Part shown: piece by piece, positions 47,626 to 60,190 of the stretch
Layout: each line of letters opens with the position of its first letter
Position numbering within the stretch: position 1 is the stretch's first letter
Source of the DNA: Oikopleura dioica
Lineage: Eukaryota > Animalia > Chordata
NCBI GenBank assembly: GCA_907165135.1
Contig: OU015569.1
Coordinates: 1,612,001 to 1,676,000, forward strand
Direction of reading: 5' to 3'
DNA length: 64,000 nucleotides
Position numbers and translations under genes: made by a program
The notes under the pieces: model-generated
Databases searched by the model: none
What the model was told of the DNA's origin: nothing
What the model saw: only the letters and a program-made list of their open reading frames with translations

Positions 47626-48990
47626 TGAGTTGGGATATCCATCTTCGACCCTCTAGTGTTAAACTAGGCGAAAAAAGTCTACACAACGACCGCAAAAAGA
47701 ACTGAAAACGACAAAATAAGAGTGCAAAATTGATTTTATTCAGAATGATAAGTATGGTCACATATTCCCATAACAGGGATATGAAATCTCTAACTTTATT
47801 GTAAGAGCACTTTTTCTTCGACTTGGTTTTTCGGTCGACCATGATCTTTGTGTACAGTCCACTTTGACTGTCGATTTCAGAAGCTCTTGGGTGGACTCCA
47901 CTGTGAACTTTAAAATAATTTCTGTTAAAAATTAAAATTCTCTTCATAAAAGAATTTACCTGTAAATTTTCGTCTTCGGACTGTCAAGATCCCAGTAAGA
48001 TCGGGAACTGACTGAAATGGAATTTTAGCCCTGACAACAACATCAGCTCTAGAGACTTTTTTTCTCGAATCTCAAAAATAGCTCTCCCAGAGAAAATAAG
48101 TCGAAAATATCGACATTTTTGTTGATTCTGTGAGTTCCGACGGTTGAAATTCTTTCATTTTTGGTCAGCTTATGGAGAAGATGGTGACGCTTTCAGAAAT
48201 CGACTTTTTGAAAAATTTCATCGGTGAAATTTTTCAAAAATTCAATTTTCAACCTGAAAATGCTTTTTATTCGAAACTTCACTTTTGAATTTTTCTAAAA
48301 CATGGATATTTAAAATCTCCACCATCTATTTTATAAGTGACCGAAAAATGGAAGATTTTTGACCGTCTGAACTCGTAAAATTCACTCGTCATCTTTCTTG
48401 GAATGAAGATTCTTTCAAGTTAAAATTATGAAAGAAGGTTGTCAGAAGATCTTACCTGTAGTGACAGTAAGACGCATTTTCGCATTCTTTATGGCGGGAT
48501 TCTTGGCATTTTCCTTCGCGTCGTTGTAGAATTGTCGGTGAGCAAGATAGTGTTTCAAAAATAAAATTATGTTCAGATGCAAAGATATGATGATAGGAAA
48601 GAAATGGCACGAAAGAGACAGGATTGTGATAATACAAAGTTTTTTCCTAAGAAACTGCACAGAGATAAGGTATAAAAAACAAATTTATAGGATTTAAAGA
48701 ATGAAAGGGACAGCCTGAAGATGGGGCAAATTGCGAATGATCATGGGGAAGGTAGCGAGTGTCAGTATGATGATTTCAAGCATGATACAAGCAAGTACGT
48801 GGTAGAAGAGTGTGAAGTAATCGGATACACGACCAGGGAAGAAGTTCATCTTTTCGTCGACGTTTTTCCCAAAAAGAAAATTTTGAATTTCTCTATTTAT
48901 TGTTTTTCCGAGTGTTTTTCTTTCAAATGGCAACTGAACGATTGGTTGATGAAAATTCGTATGGCCACGTAGCTTTCATTTTTACACAAA
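47606..48990 (-). CDS. Uncharacterised membrane protein, multi-exon
   Basis: Hydrophobic exons (YFTLFYHVLACIMLEIIILTLATFPMII; LCIITILSLSCHFFPIIISLHLNIILFL) with GT-AG boundaries; ends uncertain. Confidence 0.4.
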
Positions 48991-49379
48991 TCGAACCTAT
49001 ATTCATCCTGATAAGAATTAATAGGCTTTCGGAATGTAAGTCTTTTTTTTTCTTCGGTCGGATTCATTTCAAGTAATAAATTCCCGTTTCTCGGAAAAAA
49101 AGGAGCGCTTAGGGCCTAAACTGGACCCGATTGAAGCAAGGGTGCCAATTTACACGTAAAACAGAGTCATAGTTATTTTCCCATTTTCGCGCGAATGGAA
49201 TATTATGGCATTTCGGCAATTATGTTATTCAGTGATTTGCTTTTGATTCGAATTCCCACGAATTTCAAAACGTTAGCCAAGCAGAAATCAATTAATTCCA
49301 GCGCCGGCGTTGCTCTTTCTTCTTTCACTTTTACTTAGAAAAAAGAGTCAGAATAAAGAGTAAAGTCTTTATTAAAAAG

Positions 49380-50509
49380 AAAGAGGATGACGGAGAAGAT
49401 CTGCTTTGACAGGAACTCTGTTAGCTCGGTCCACGACTTTCAAGTCAAAGGAACCTTCAGGATCTTTACGGAGACTTTTCTCAGGTAATCAAGGAACTAT
49501 ACAAAAGTTTGAGAAGAAAATTAAGCGATTTGTTGATCGACAACGAGTGCCAATGCGAAGGCGAGCCAGTGAATCCGGTTCTTCCACTTGAGCTGGTCTT
49601 TGTCATCGACGGATCTGACTCGTTCAACCAAGGAGTTAGAAACCAGCGGGGACTGATTGAAAAGGAGGCGTCTTTCAAGTACACTTGCGAGTGGGTGGCG
49701 AACTTCGTCAAGTCAATCAATCCATCACATTACCCGGCGGTGGTTGTCTCTGTTTTCCAGTTCTCTGGGCAGAAGTCGCACGAGGCCCGCTACAAACCTG
49801 GATCGGGCGGCCTTGCTTCCACCTCGATCGATGGCGTCAAGGACTGGCACTACAAGACGATCCTCAAGCCAACTCTTCTCCGCCCGAACATGTCTACGGT
49901 CAATCTTGTCGACACAATCAAGAAGCAAGAGCAGCTCGACTCCAACTGTCAACTTTTCCTCTGTCTCCAAGATTTGGGTATGAGCAACTTTCTTGCGCAA
50001 ATGGACCAGGTTAGCTCTGAGATACAGTTTATAATTAATTAAACCTCAAATTTTTAGGCAGTGCCGAGAGAACTAGGCGCAACAGCAGTCGAACGGGCAA
50101 TGATAATCCTGACAAACGGAAACAATTGGGACCTCAATACATTGAAGCGATGGGACGAGCCCACTGTCGTCACAGGTTAGAAATTACACGCACGCGGAAA
50201 AACAATCAGAACCGTTAAGATAAGGCACGTGTGGCCGCACTGCTCAGCAAATCGTACAACAACGTCGTCCCAATCTGCGTCCAAGACGAGCCGCTCGACC
50301 CAGAAGCCAAACAATTCGTCAGCTCCAAGGCCCGTTTGCCAAAAAATAGACGTGTCTCTTTCCAAATTTTGAGAATTTGAACGTTTTGCAAACGCGAAAT
50401 CAAGCTTTCCAAGCCGCGCAACACAGGCATCGTCGTCGAAAACAACAAATTTTTCGAGCAATTGGCCGCCGCCAAGACTGCTCTCCTGCAACGACTAAAG
50501 CTCAACTGA
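49380..50509 (+). CDS. von Willebrand factor A domain protein
   Basis: LELVFVIDGSDSF (DxSxS MIDAS motif), VVVSVFQFSG, RAMIILTNG; the start is approximate. Confidence 0.8.
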
Positions 50510-50566
50510 AGATTGCTCTTTTCAAAATAGAAATCGAAATAGAAGAAAATCGTGTTTTTTTTTTGG

Positions 50567-53193
50567 TCACAAAGATTTGTAGCGGCTATCAATGCCTAGC
50601 AGTTGTCGATAGGTTGTGTTTTCCGTTTGGACTTTTTCCGAGTGACGGATTAGTTCCGCGATTTCTGACTGTAGAATTTGTCGTGCCTCGGTCTGAATAA
50701 TTTAAGGGTAGGGCAAGGTAAGCAAGTTTTTTTACCTGTTTTTGCATTTTCTCGGAAATATATCCTTTGATAGTGCCTAGCTCGTCCTGAAGATGTCTTA
50801 TCTGTTTTTTCAGTGCCTCTTCTTTATCTGGACTTGTTTCTACTTTTTCTTCTGGTTCTTCTTTCTTAGGGTCTTCGCCAGGGAGATTGGCGAATTTCAA
50901 GTTCGTAAATTCGGAAAGATAGTCTGTGTCTATTGAAAAGGTTATGAAAAAGACCTCGCTTCATTTGTCTGTTTTTAGCTTAGATTTCCTGAACCTCTTC
51001 CTATCATACAGTCTCTTACGCTCGTAGAAGTCATTAATGAAAAATATTGACTTGTGCAAATATGTTTTTTCAATAAGCTTATTAGCGAGACTGTCAAATT
51101 TATTCAGACAAAATTTTTGAGAACAAAGCGCGAGACACCCACGCTCCGTCATCTGTTTGCCGACTTACTCTACTTAGCTTGTTACTTTTTTTTGGAGGCA
51201 CTGTAGATTGTACAGGAAGAGGCCAGGATTAGAACGCTACAATGGAGGCTTACCTTCTTCATTTTTCTCAGCGCTTTTGTAGGGATACGGCAGCTGAAGG
51301 AATGAAAGTGTTAATAAGAAGAAGTTGGTAATTTTTTGCTTGAATTTATATAAAGAGTTACCTGGGCAAGCCTCTCTGGTTGCTTAGGAGGAAGTTGTGG
51401 GGATGTGGCTGGCTCAGTGTGCGATAAAAGCGACTGTCCGCAAGCCGGCGTGGGTGGCGACGAAATCCCTAAATTGAGGTTTTGAATTTTGCCCGTTATC
51501 AGCTTTCCGCTTCTTTCCTCATTACTACCTGTGTCTATCGCTTTCTCGGCAGTAGTGAACGTCGCCTTGTCAATTACTTCTGGCTCCGTGCAGGTGAAAC
51601 GCACCGTTTTCTGCTTGCTGTCTATTGCTACTGTTTCCTTGTCGAAGTCATTGAACCAGCTTTGGTTGAACTCCGTCAGCTCTTCTTTTTCCTTCAAAAA
51701 TTTCAACATCGGACTTTTTCGCTCACGCAGCGGCGAAATACTCTCGATGCGTCTCGCCGAGCTCTAGAATCACATTCCTCCTCTTTTTTTTGCATAATTT
51801 ATTTCCTACCTCAGATGGCTGCCAAAGTCGCTGCGAGGACTGATCCTTTGAGAAATCTTTTTATTAATTTTAAGCACTGGAATTAGTCTAAATCGTTTTG
51901 ACTCCGCTTAAATCGGGATATCCAATCATATCTCGGTCAAAAAATATATATGAACCCCATTTACAGTAACTCTAGAAATAAACGTCAGTGCATAAACCTT
52001 CCTAATCGCCATTGAAGATCTTCGATATCCGAGTTGAGCTTCGCGAGTCTGTTATTCCAAGCGTCTAAAAAGCAGGATCATCTTGCGGCTTCACCCTGGC
52101 TGACCCGGGGTCGCCGCTTGCTTACCGTATCGCGTGCGCACTTCGTTTAACGCCACATACATCGTCAAATAAGACATCTTCACGAAAAAGAGAAAAAACG
52201 AAAATGAAAAAAAAAATCTTGGCGAAATTCTCTGCCGCGTGAATTCGCCGATTTCTGGCAGCGAGCAATACGGCGATGAATATTTCACCAAATGCTGAAT
52301 TTTTTAGCGATCTCGCTGGAAATCAATTCACACGCTGGAAACAGCGTAGATTAAATTGATCCTGCTTTATATTTTCTGGGGCTTATATCGATGGCTGGAG
52401 TTATTGAATTGTTTATCTCAAGTTGGAGACATAGAGGAGAATTGAAATAATCTATATAATATTGAGCATATTAAAATCTTTCCAAAATAGGGGAGAATTA
52501 AAGTGAAAAGTATAATTCTGATTGTAAGATTTTATTAAATCTTTTCGGCGAATCAAAATGGTAGAAAAGAGACTCCGACTAATCAGAACGCTACTAGTAG
52601 ATTACTCTTTTTTTGCAAATTTTAACTGCAAGGAATTCTCAATTGAACGTCGTTATCAGCATTCGAGAGGCTAAAAAAGTGTTTCTTTCTTAGAGAGTAA
52701 GAGAGCACTTGAAGGTACTTTTGATTTCTCTTAGAGATTTCTGGAACGCGGGCGCGTAAGCTGTTGCTCCGGAAGAGTGGCCCTGTCGAGATCCGACAAA
52801 TTGTGAAAACTATTCTCGTTTTAGAAGCGTGCCCTGTAAGTGCTTATCGGAAAACCTCGGCGGCGTTGATGTAACGTTTCAATTAACGCATAATCGGACG
52901 CAGACCTGTCCCTCTTCTGTCCGCGCCTGTCCGAAGCTGGAGAACTCATCACTCTTTTCTAGCTCCACAAACTCACAATTAAAATGAATAAGAACACTGG
53001 GCGATTTCTCCATGTGTGGCATCACATTTATTATTTGAAAGAGAAAACAGCTGAATATCCAAAACGACGCAGATCAGAACAGAATAAGACACAAATTATT
53101 GACCGGGAGTGGTATCCCCATACCATCATTTTCTCCACGGGATTCTGACTGTAGCTCTGACTGCTTGTCGTTGAAGGTGGTCATCGCGAACAT
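50567..53193 (-). CDS. Uncharacterised coiled-coil protein, multi-exon
   Basis: Exons MTTFNDKQSEL..., AWNNRLAKLNSDIEDLQWRLGR, EEALKKQIRHLQDELGTIK, EARQILQSEIAELIRHSEK; may be more than one gene. Confidence 0.45.
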
Positions 53194-53472
53194 TTGTTCA
53201 ATGTTTGAATGTGAAGAAAATATGTTCTAACGGGTATACAGTCGATGAAACAGAAGAAAACTGAGCTGTATACATTCAGAACATATGGGCAAAAGGTGGC
53301 TCAAAAGAGTGTGCAAATTAAAGTTAGTCAGAAACAGGAAAGTGAGAAGAAAATAAGACAACAAGTTTTCGTGTTGCGAGGGGTCAAGAATAGAAAAAAT
53401 AAGTGGAAAAGATTAAAAGTTAAGAGCGGAGATTCTCGAAAAAGAAGATCTCACTTTTTAAGTTTAGAAGAA

Positions 53473-56400
53473 TTACTGTCGATTACGTCGAGCTCGTCGA
53501 ATGCTGAGAGTAGGCAGTTGAGGCTCGTCGTTCTCGTAGCTATCGTAGTTGGGAGATTCGAAAGAGGAATAGTCATCGAGGATGATGTCCCGGGTCACCG
53601 GTACTTCTAAAATTCGTCGATCATATTTGCTCCTCTTAATTTTCTATAAAACTTACCAACATTGGCGGAAGCGTTGGCATCATCATCTTCTGGCTCAGGG
53701 CCCTTGTTGGGTCCCTTTTGGGTTACCTAAGAAAGCACTTGTTACGACAACTTAAATTTCACTTTAATATACCTCGGGGAATTTAGGGTAGCACTGAGAA
53801 GGATCACACAGACCAGGGGGACCGACAACACCTTGTGGACCTGGCTGACCGAATCCACCTCTTGGGCCGGGCTCACCACGTTCACCGGGTCTTCCGTCTC
53901 GACCAAAGCCTGGAGCACCTCGTGGACCAGCTGGACCCATCATACCAGGTTCACCGCGGATAGACATACCAGGAGGTCCCTATGATTGCGATTGAAGAAT
54001 TCTACTTTTTAGATGCCTGAATACCTTTTCACCTTCTGGACCCTTGCTACCCTTAAGACCTTGTGGACCAATCTGACCAGCAGGACCAGCAGGACCTTGA
54101 GGACCAGCTGGACCAACAGGACCAGGATCACCATTTCTGCCAGCGGGACCAGGAGGACCAGGAAGACCAGGGTAACCACGAATACCAGCAGGACCATTTC
54201 GCTGTTTAGGGAATTCCAAATTCTTGAGCTCATCTCGGATAAGAGCGAGGCAGATTTCCTTGAAAGAAGAATGATATAATTTTCGATCTCAGTAATTTTG
54301 ATACTAACCCTAATAACGTTGTCGTCAGGGTTCATGCCGGGAGGACCCATCATACCCATTGGACCAGGAGCACCTCGTTGACCAAGTGGGCCACGGGGAC
54401 CGACTGGACCTCGACCACCCTGTTCACCTTGTTTGCCAGGGGGACCCATAGGACCTCGGCCACCGTTCTCACCACGTTCACCAGGCTGTCCAGATTCTCC
54501 AGGATTACCTTGGGGACCACGTTCACCAGTTTTTCCAGGAGGACCTTCTGGGCCAGGAGGACCTTGAGCTCCGTCGAGACCGCCGACACCTTGATCACCC
54601 TTGTGTCCCTTGGGACCAGATGGACCAGGAAGACCAGCAATACCTTGAGGACCAGGCAGGCCAGTTTCACCAGTAAGACCGGGACCACCAGCAGGACCTT
54701 GTGGACCGGGCTCACCACGCATACCAGTTTCACCAGTAAGACCTTGTTCACCAGGTCGTCCAGATTCACCGGGGGGACCAGCTGGACCAGTCTCGCCAGG
54801 AGGACCAGCATCACCATTCAAACCAGCAGCTCCAGTTTCACCGGGGGGACCGGGTTCGCCTTGATGACCCTTAGCGCCAGTCTCACCAGGGGGACCAGGC
54901 TGACCATCAGCTCCAGGCTCTCCGTCGTTTCCGTCAGCACCAGTCTCACCAGGTGGGCCAGGCTCGCCATCCTGACCGTCGGCTCCAGCAGGGCCCATAG
55001 GACCAGCAGCGCCGACTGGACCTTGAATACCTTGAGGACCTTGTGGACCTTTTGGTCCAGTCTCGCCAGGTTGTCCAGGCTCTCCAGGCTCACCAGGATA
55101 TCCTTGGTTTCCTTGCTGTCCTCGAACACCTTGTGGACCAGGGGCACCATCTTTTCCTTGCCGTCCAGACTCACCAGGGACACCAGGAGGACCAGCGGGA
55201 CCAATAAGACCTTGTTCTCCAGGAGGACCAGTTTCACCCTGAACACCAGGCTCGCCGGGAGGACCTCGCTTTCCGTCTGGTCCAGGTTCACCACGTCGAC
55301 CGGCGTGACCTTTAGCACCAGCAGGACCGGGTGGTCCACCACCTTCACCAGCTGGGCCGGGAGGACCTGCAGGTCCAGTCTCTCCAGGAGCACCAGGAGC
55401 ACCAGGTTCGCCGTCTCTACCAGGGAGTCCGTCTCTTCCAGGCTCACCCTAAAATAAAAAATTAATATTATAAATTATAGATTCCAATTGTGAAAAATTT
55501 GATGGGTTTAAAAAATTACCGCAGCACTAGAAAATGAAGCATTATCTGAGTCAGGAATAGCTGCTGGGTTATTCGGGATTTCGGTTGTTGTCGGGGGAAG
55601 AGTTGTTGTTTCGTCAACAACAGACTGGACAAAAATAGACTGGTCGAAGTTGGACTGTTGGGAGCTGTCCAAAGAGGTACTAGAAAGCACAAGCGGAACC
55701 GGTTCAGGCTCTGCTGAGGTTGACCCAGCAGAATCTACAATCGGCAACGCAGGCAACTCGTAGCTAGGATCATCTGACGTCTCGTAGCTTCCTGATGCAC
55801 TCGAACTACTACCGAAGTCCGAGTAGGAAGCCGAGGCCGATGATGAGCCATCTGATACGCTGTCAGAGAAGGACTCTGAGGAGGAAGAAGAAGAATTATT
55901 CTGTCGACTTTTTCTCTTGAGTCTTTTCTCTGCCTTGCGCCGCTTTCTGGCTTCCTTCTCAGCCCGCTTCGCTTCTCTCTCTGCCTTTTTCTGTTGCTTG
56001 AGAAGGGCTCTCTCTGACCTAGAAAGGCTCTTGCTGGCGTAAGCCGCAGAGCCCCCGGATCAGCTCCCGCCGCAGCCGAGGCCGAGGCCACGGCCAGGCT
56101 AGCCAACGAGAACAATCGCATCAGAAGACTCTCTCTAGGATGCGATCTGTTTCAAGTTGTTCATCCGGCGTGGCTAGTGTGGCTCAGCCCAACCCGACCA
56201 AGCCCCTTTTGTGAAGAGAGCAAACAAGGAGGAGTTCACTCTGAGACTCTCTTTGTTTGTTCAAGAGCGTGATGGGGGTTGATCAATTACATTTGATTAA
56301 TGAGTTTCTATTCCAGAGCAAGTACGCCGGCCGGGCAACTACCGAAGTTAAATAAACCCCCACGGAACTTTTCGAACTTTTCTCACACGCTACTCTCATT

Positions 56401-58765
56401 CCTAAAAACCTCACCATGGGAAAGGTAAATCTGTAAATTTGTACTTTTTGTGATTACACCGAGGAATAACTTTGAATGTTACTTTTTCAGGCCTTTTTTC
56501 AGATAGGTTACCCATGAAGCTTACCCGAATTTACTAATGATGCTGAAATTAGCTAGTTTTTATATCAATTGATTCATTATAGACCGGAAAACTCGAAGTG
56601 AATCTGATAACATTTAATTGATAAATGGAGGATTTTTCTTTTGAAATCAAGAAGGACCAACCCTACTTTTTTTGATTTTAACTTACTGATAGATCATACT
56701 GGCGCTTTATCCTTTCGTGGGAGCGTTTTGCTTGTGCTCCCGTGGCCACAAGGCCCATAAGGAGTGTAGGCCAGAGCTTCATCTTCGACTCTGCGGGCGA
56801 TTATACCGAATACTGTATCCAAAACAAAAAATCTCTCGCTACAGTATTTGGTATGGCTGCGGTGTTTTCGGTGAGTCCCAGTCGCTAGATGTTTTTGCGC
56901 TCTGGACTGCTCTTGTAGTCCAAAGGGGGCTGTGCAAGGTCGCCACACGGCGGCGTCACGTGTCAAAAAATATCAAAAATCAAATTTTCTCGCACCTTGG
57001 ATCAGCCGCGCACCGAGACTGAAGGATTGAGAGTGCCCGGCAATGTGTGCCCAAATCACACTAGCTTGTGTGACTGGCCATCGCCACTGGGTGGTGTTCA
57101 CTTACATCCCGAAAAATCTTTTAGGATCCCTTTTTTCAGCTCTTTTCCCACAATGGTAAAAACTATTCTGCAAAATTTGTCATTGGCTTACCGGTCGAGG
57201 TCCTCTTGGAGGTCCTTGGAATCCCTCTTCGTCTGGTATCTCGCCAGGTGATGCATTGTCCTCGTCAACGGGTGCTCCAGGCTCGCCTGACAGTGAATCA
57301 ACGTCACCTTCTGGGTTAAACGAATCGTTACTTTCCGCTGGAAGAAGTTGTTGATCAGGAGCTCCTGGAAGTCCTTGGATATTATCATCCTTTCCCATGC
57401 AAGGGTAGCAAGGCTCCTCGTCACCGAATGAATCTCCTCTGTTTTCGCCTCTAGATTTCTGGTTAATTTTCAGTCTAAAATCCGAACAAATTTTAAAGCA
57501 GCTATACGTACGTGTAGAAAGAGCCTTCGTTCTCTGGAGAAATGTAAAGTTCGCTTGAAGAGTCTTCCGGTTGGTCCATGATTTGCAAAATCTCTTCGTT
57601 GTTGCTCGAGTAAGCGTCCATGTAAAGAGCGCTTGCATCGTTGTACTCAGGCCAGCGAGCGTCGCAGTGAATGTTGAAGAATTGAATGTCCACTGGCACG
57701 GAGTTGATGTGTGTGCCACGGCCGGAAGTTGCCATGCTCGTTCTTCGCTCGCCGGAACGAATGTCCTGGAAATCATCAAGCAAGCTGAAAAGGCGAGTGT
57801 TCACATGATGGAAGAACTTTTTGAAAAAATCCCGTGCTAATGGGAAAACAAGTGCCAAGACAAAATTTCAACTTCGCCAAGGTCAAGTCACTCACCTCAA
57901 GGGTAGACCCAACTCTGAGGTGCTAACTTTGTCGCTGTCGATAAACAGGCCGACGCTTTTATCCTCGCGGTTTCCGTACACCTGCAACGAGAGCTGATGC
58001 CATTCCGTGTTGAAGAGAGGCTCCGCGTTTTTGAGCTCGGAGTTGATGAGGACCTTGCCGGAGCTGTCCGCCACGATGAAGCTGACCGTTTTCCGCCGGC
58101 CGTTGATTTGGACGGAGTACTCGGCCAATCCGTCGAAGATCTTGAAGAGGTCCCACACTTGCCCCGTGGTGTACTCGGGCATGCGCAAAATACAGTTGAT
58201 CGAGAACTCCTTTGGCAACACCGGTGTCTGCGCATTCACCAAGCTGGCATCGTTGGAGATTCTATACGCGCGTTGTCGATTAGTACTTCCGGCGATTTCT
58301 GTCACGCCGAGAAGCTGTTCTCGATCTAGAGCGAGTTTAAAACAGTGAATAAATAAGAAAGCTACCGAGTCCAAATTGAGAGATGAAATCGAAGGCTGGG
58401 ATGTCGCCACCTTGAGTGTAGACATCAACGCCTGCGCAGAAGTCCTCGATCTCATCCGCTGTGACAGCGGCGCCGAGGAACAGGCCGCGTATCACAGATT
58501 TTCTCCTGAATAAATTATTTGAAAATATTGGAAGGAAAAACAGTAAGATGATGATGTTCTAATAATCTTGCTGATTAGTTGATTTCCATTTTGAGCACTG
58601 TATGTAGGCCTGTATAATCTAATTAGTACCAAGTGTGGTCCCTAACGAGGAGCTCAGCGTCAAATTCCTCAACGTCACAATGATTCGCCGGTTAAATTTC
58701 CGCTTAAAATTCTCTCGAGCGGGTGCTAATTGGCTCTCTTGTACAAAGTCAATCTCTGTCGCCAT
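53473..58765 (-). CDS. FACIT collagen, collagen IX alpha-like (TSPN/LamG domain plus interrupted Gly-X-Y domains)
   Basis: TSPN exons at 57502-58320 ([12 protein letters not shown]; [13 protein letters not shown]); long intact Gly-X-Y exon 55448-54310; short non-collagenous linker; FACIT motif GLCDPSQC; stop at 53473. The start codon is tentative. Confidence 0.85.
55520..56121 (-). CDS. Alternative first exon (or start of a separate collagen gene): signal peptide, basic helix, Ser/Thr-rich region
   Basis: [16 protein letters not shown] signal-like start; phase-0 GT donor matches the acceptor at 55448; needs one extra base at 56052-56056 or a small intron to stay in frame. Confidence 0.6.
56416..57022 (+). 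CDS. Nested antisense gene for a small, basic, Cys-containing, probably secreted protein
   Basis: CTCACC ATG GGA AAG|GTAAAT micro-exon spliced to 56693 gives [45 protein letters not shown]...GCGVF, then a GTGAGT donor. Confidence 0.5.
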
Positions 58766-59831
58766 CTTCGGGGGCGAAAATGGAAAAATTAATAACGAAC
58801 TTACCACGACATCGTGAAGATGATGAAGTGAGTCTAATCTAATCAGAAAACTGAAGCGAAAAGGGGAGTTTGGACACTCGAAAGCCCCAATTTTGACGCT
58901 TTCACGTGTTAGCACAAATAATCAACCCAAGTCGGACGGCCAAATCACCAATTCAACAACAACTTGAGCTCTACTCGTCTTTCCCAGAAAATTCTAGCCA
59001 ACTAAAGAACTTCAGAATTAAATCATAAATGGTCGACAGTTCGAAACTCATTCTTAGCAAGCAAAAACTCTGCAGTCAATATTATAAATAAAATATTATA
59101 ATCATAATCATGATTTAAAAAGGAACACTTAGACGTGAAACTGGTGGAAGATTTTTATCAACAAAAAAAAAACCGGAAGCTACGATAAAATCCTCAGATA
59201 ATAGCCCGTGTTGATCGATAAGGGAAGCTTTATTGCAGCTGGACCGCTAGAAGCGCCAAACCCTCCATGGGTTTCTCCAATATAAATAGGAAAAGAAAAA
59301 TTGGATCTTCATCTATTCGTTGATAAAATGATACTAATATAAAAAAGTTTTTTGATTCATAACTTAAAAATAAGTTATGAAACATACGACATTATTTATC
59401 TACCTGAAGTTTTCTTCAAGCACGGAACCATTCAGCAACTTTTGACCTTTTGTCTAGTTTCCGATGATTTATTGAATAAAAAAGCATTAATAACTGTCTA
59501 TTCTCGATATTTTTTTTATTATTTTCAATAATAAATTCTGTAATATGATTTGAGTCACAATATATCTTGCCCTTAGTGGCACCCAAACTATTATTGAGTT
59601 CTTTTCCCAACTCAACGGTCTAGCCTAGACTCTAAGGTTATCATTCCCCATTAATACTTAAAGTATTAAATATCGTTTAGCGATGATTTCATTCTTCAAA
59701 CAAGAAAAACGTGAAATGTAAATTTGTTATCGAGCTGAGTCAGAAAAAGAAACTCGTCTGCGCGGGCGAGTTTTCCCTTTTCGCGAAAACCGCCGCTGGA
59801 TTTTTATAAACGACCTCGTCAAAGAGAACTA

Positions 59832-60073
59832 CCTACACCCTGGGCTTATTTGTGACGAGATAGCGGGTCCTTTGATAGCTGCCCTAAGCCAGCATTATCG
59901 AAAATTCCTATCATCCGACCCACAGATTGAATCATTCTGGATGTCGCTTATTAGAGGTTATTGCGCGCGCTTCAAATCAACAATGCTGGCGGATTAAAGG
60001 AATTTTGATAAAGGTTGCTCAGTCATAGTATCAGCGTTTCCTTATCTCGTCACAAATAAGCCCAGGGTGTAGG
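59832..60073. mobile_element. Tc1/mariner-type MITE
   Basis: TIR CCTACACCCTGGGCTTATTTGTGACGAGATA mirrored at the right end; TA on both flanks. Confidence 0.85.
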
Positions 60074-60190
60074 TAACGTAAAATGGGAGAAAGTGAAGAT
60101 TACGATTTTGTGAACGGATCGACAAATCAACCTGGCGGTTCAAATCAGCTCTACCCGAGTCTGTCTCCTTTTGCTTCTTAAAGAGAGGGA

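Noticed and set aside
54378-55457. 359-aa plus-strand ORF and the alternative-frame minus ORFs
   Set aside because: They are shadows of the Gly-X-Y codon pattern of the collagen exon.
56760-56870. Insulin/relaxin B-chain similarity ([10 protein letters not shown]) in the nested gene
   Set aside because: Cys spacing is wrong and no A-chain CCxxxC motif is present.
57192-57395. Ordinary Gly substitution or a frameshifted collagen as the explanation for the Gly-poor exon
   Set aside because: The remaining Gly residues do not keep a period of 3, and the other frames are not collagen-like.
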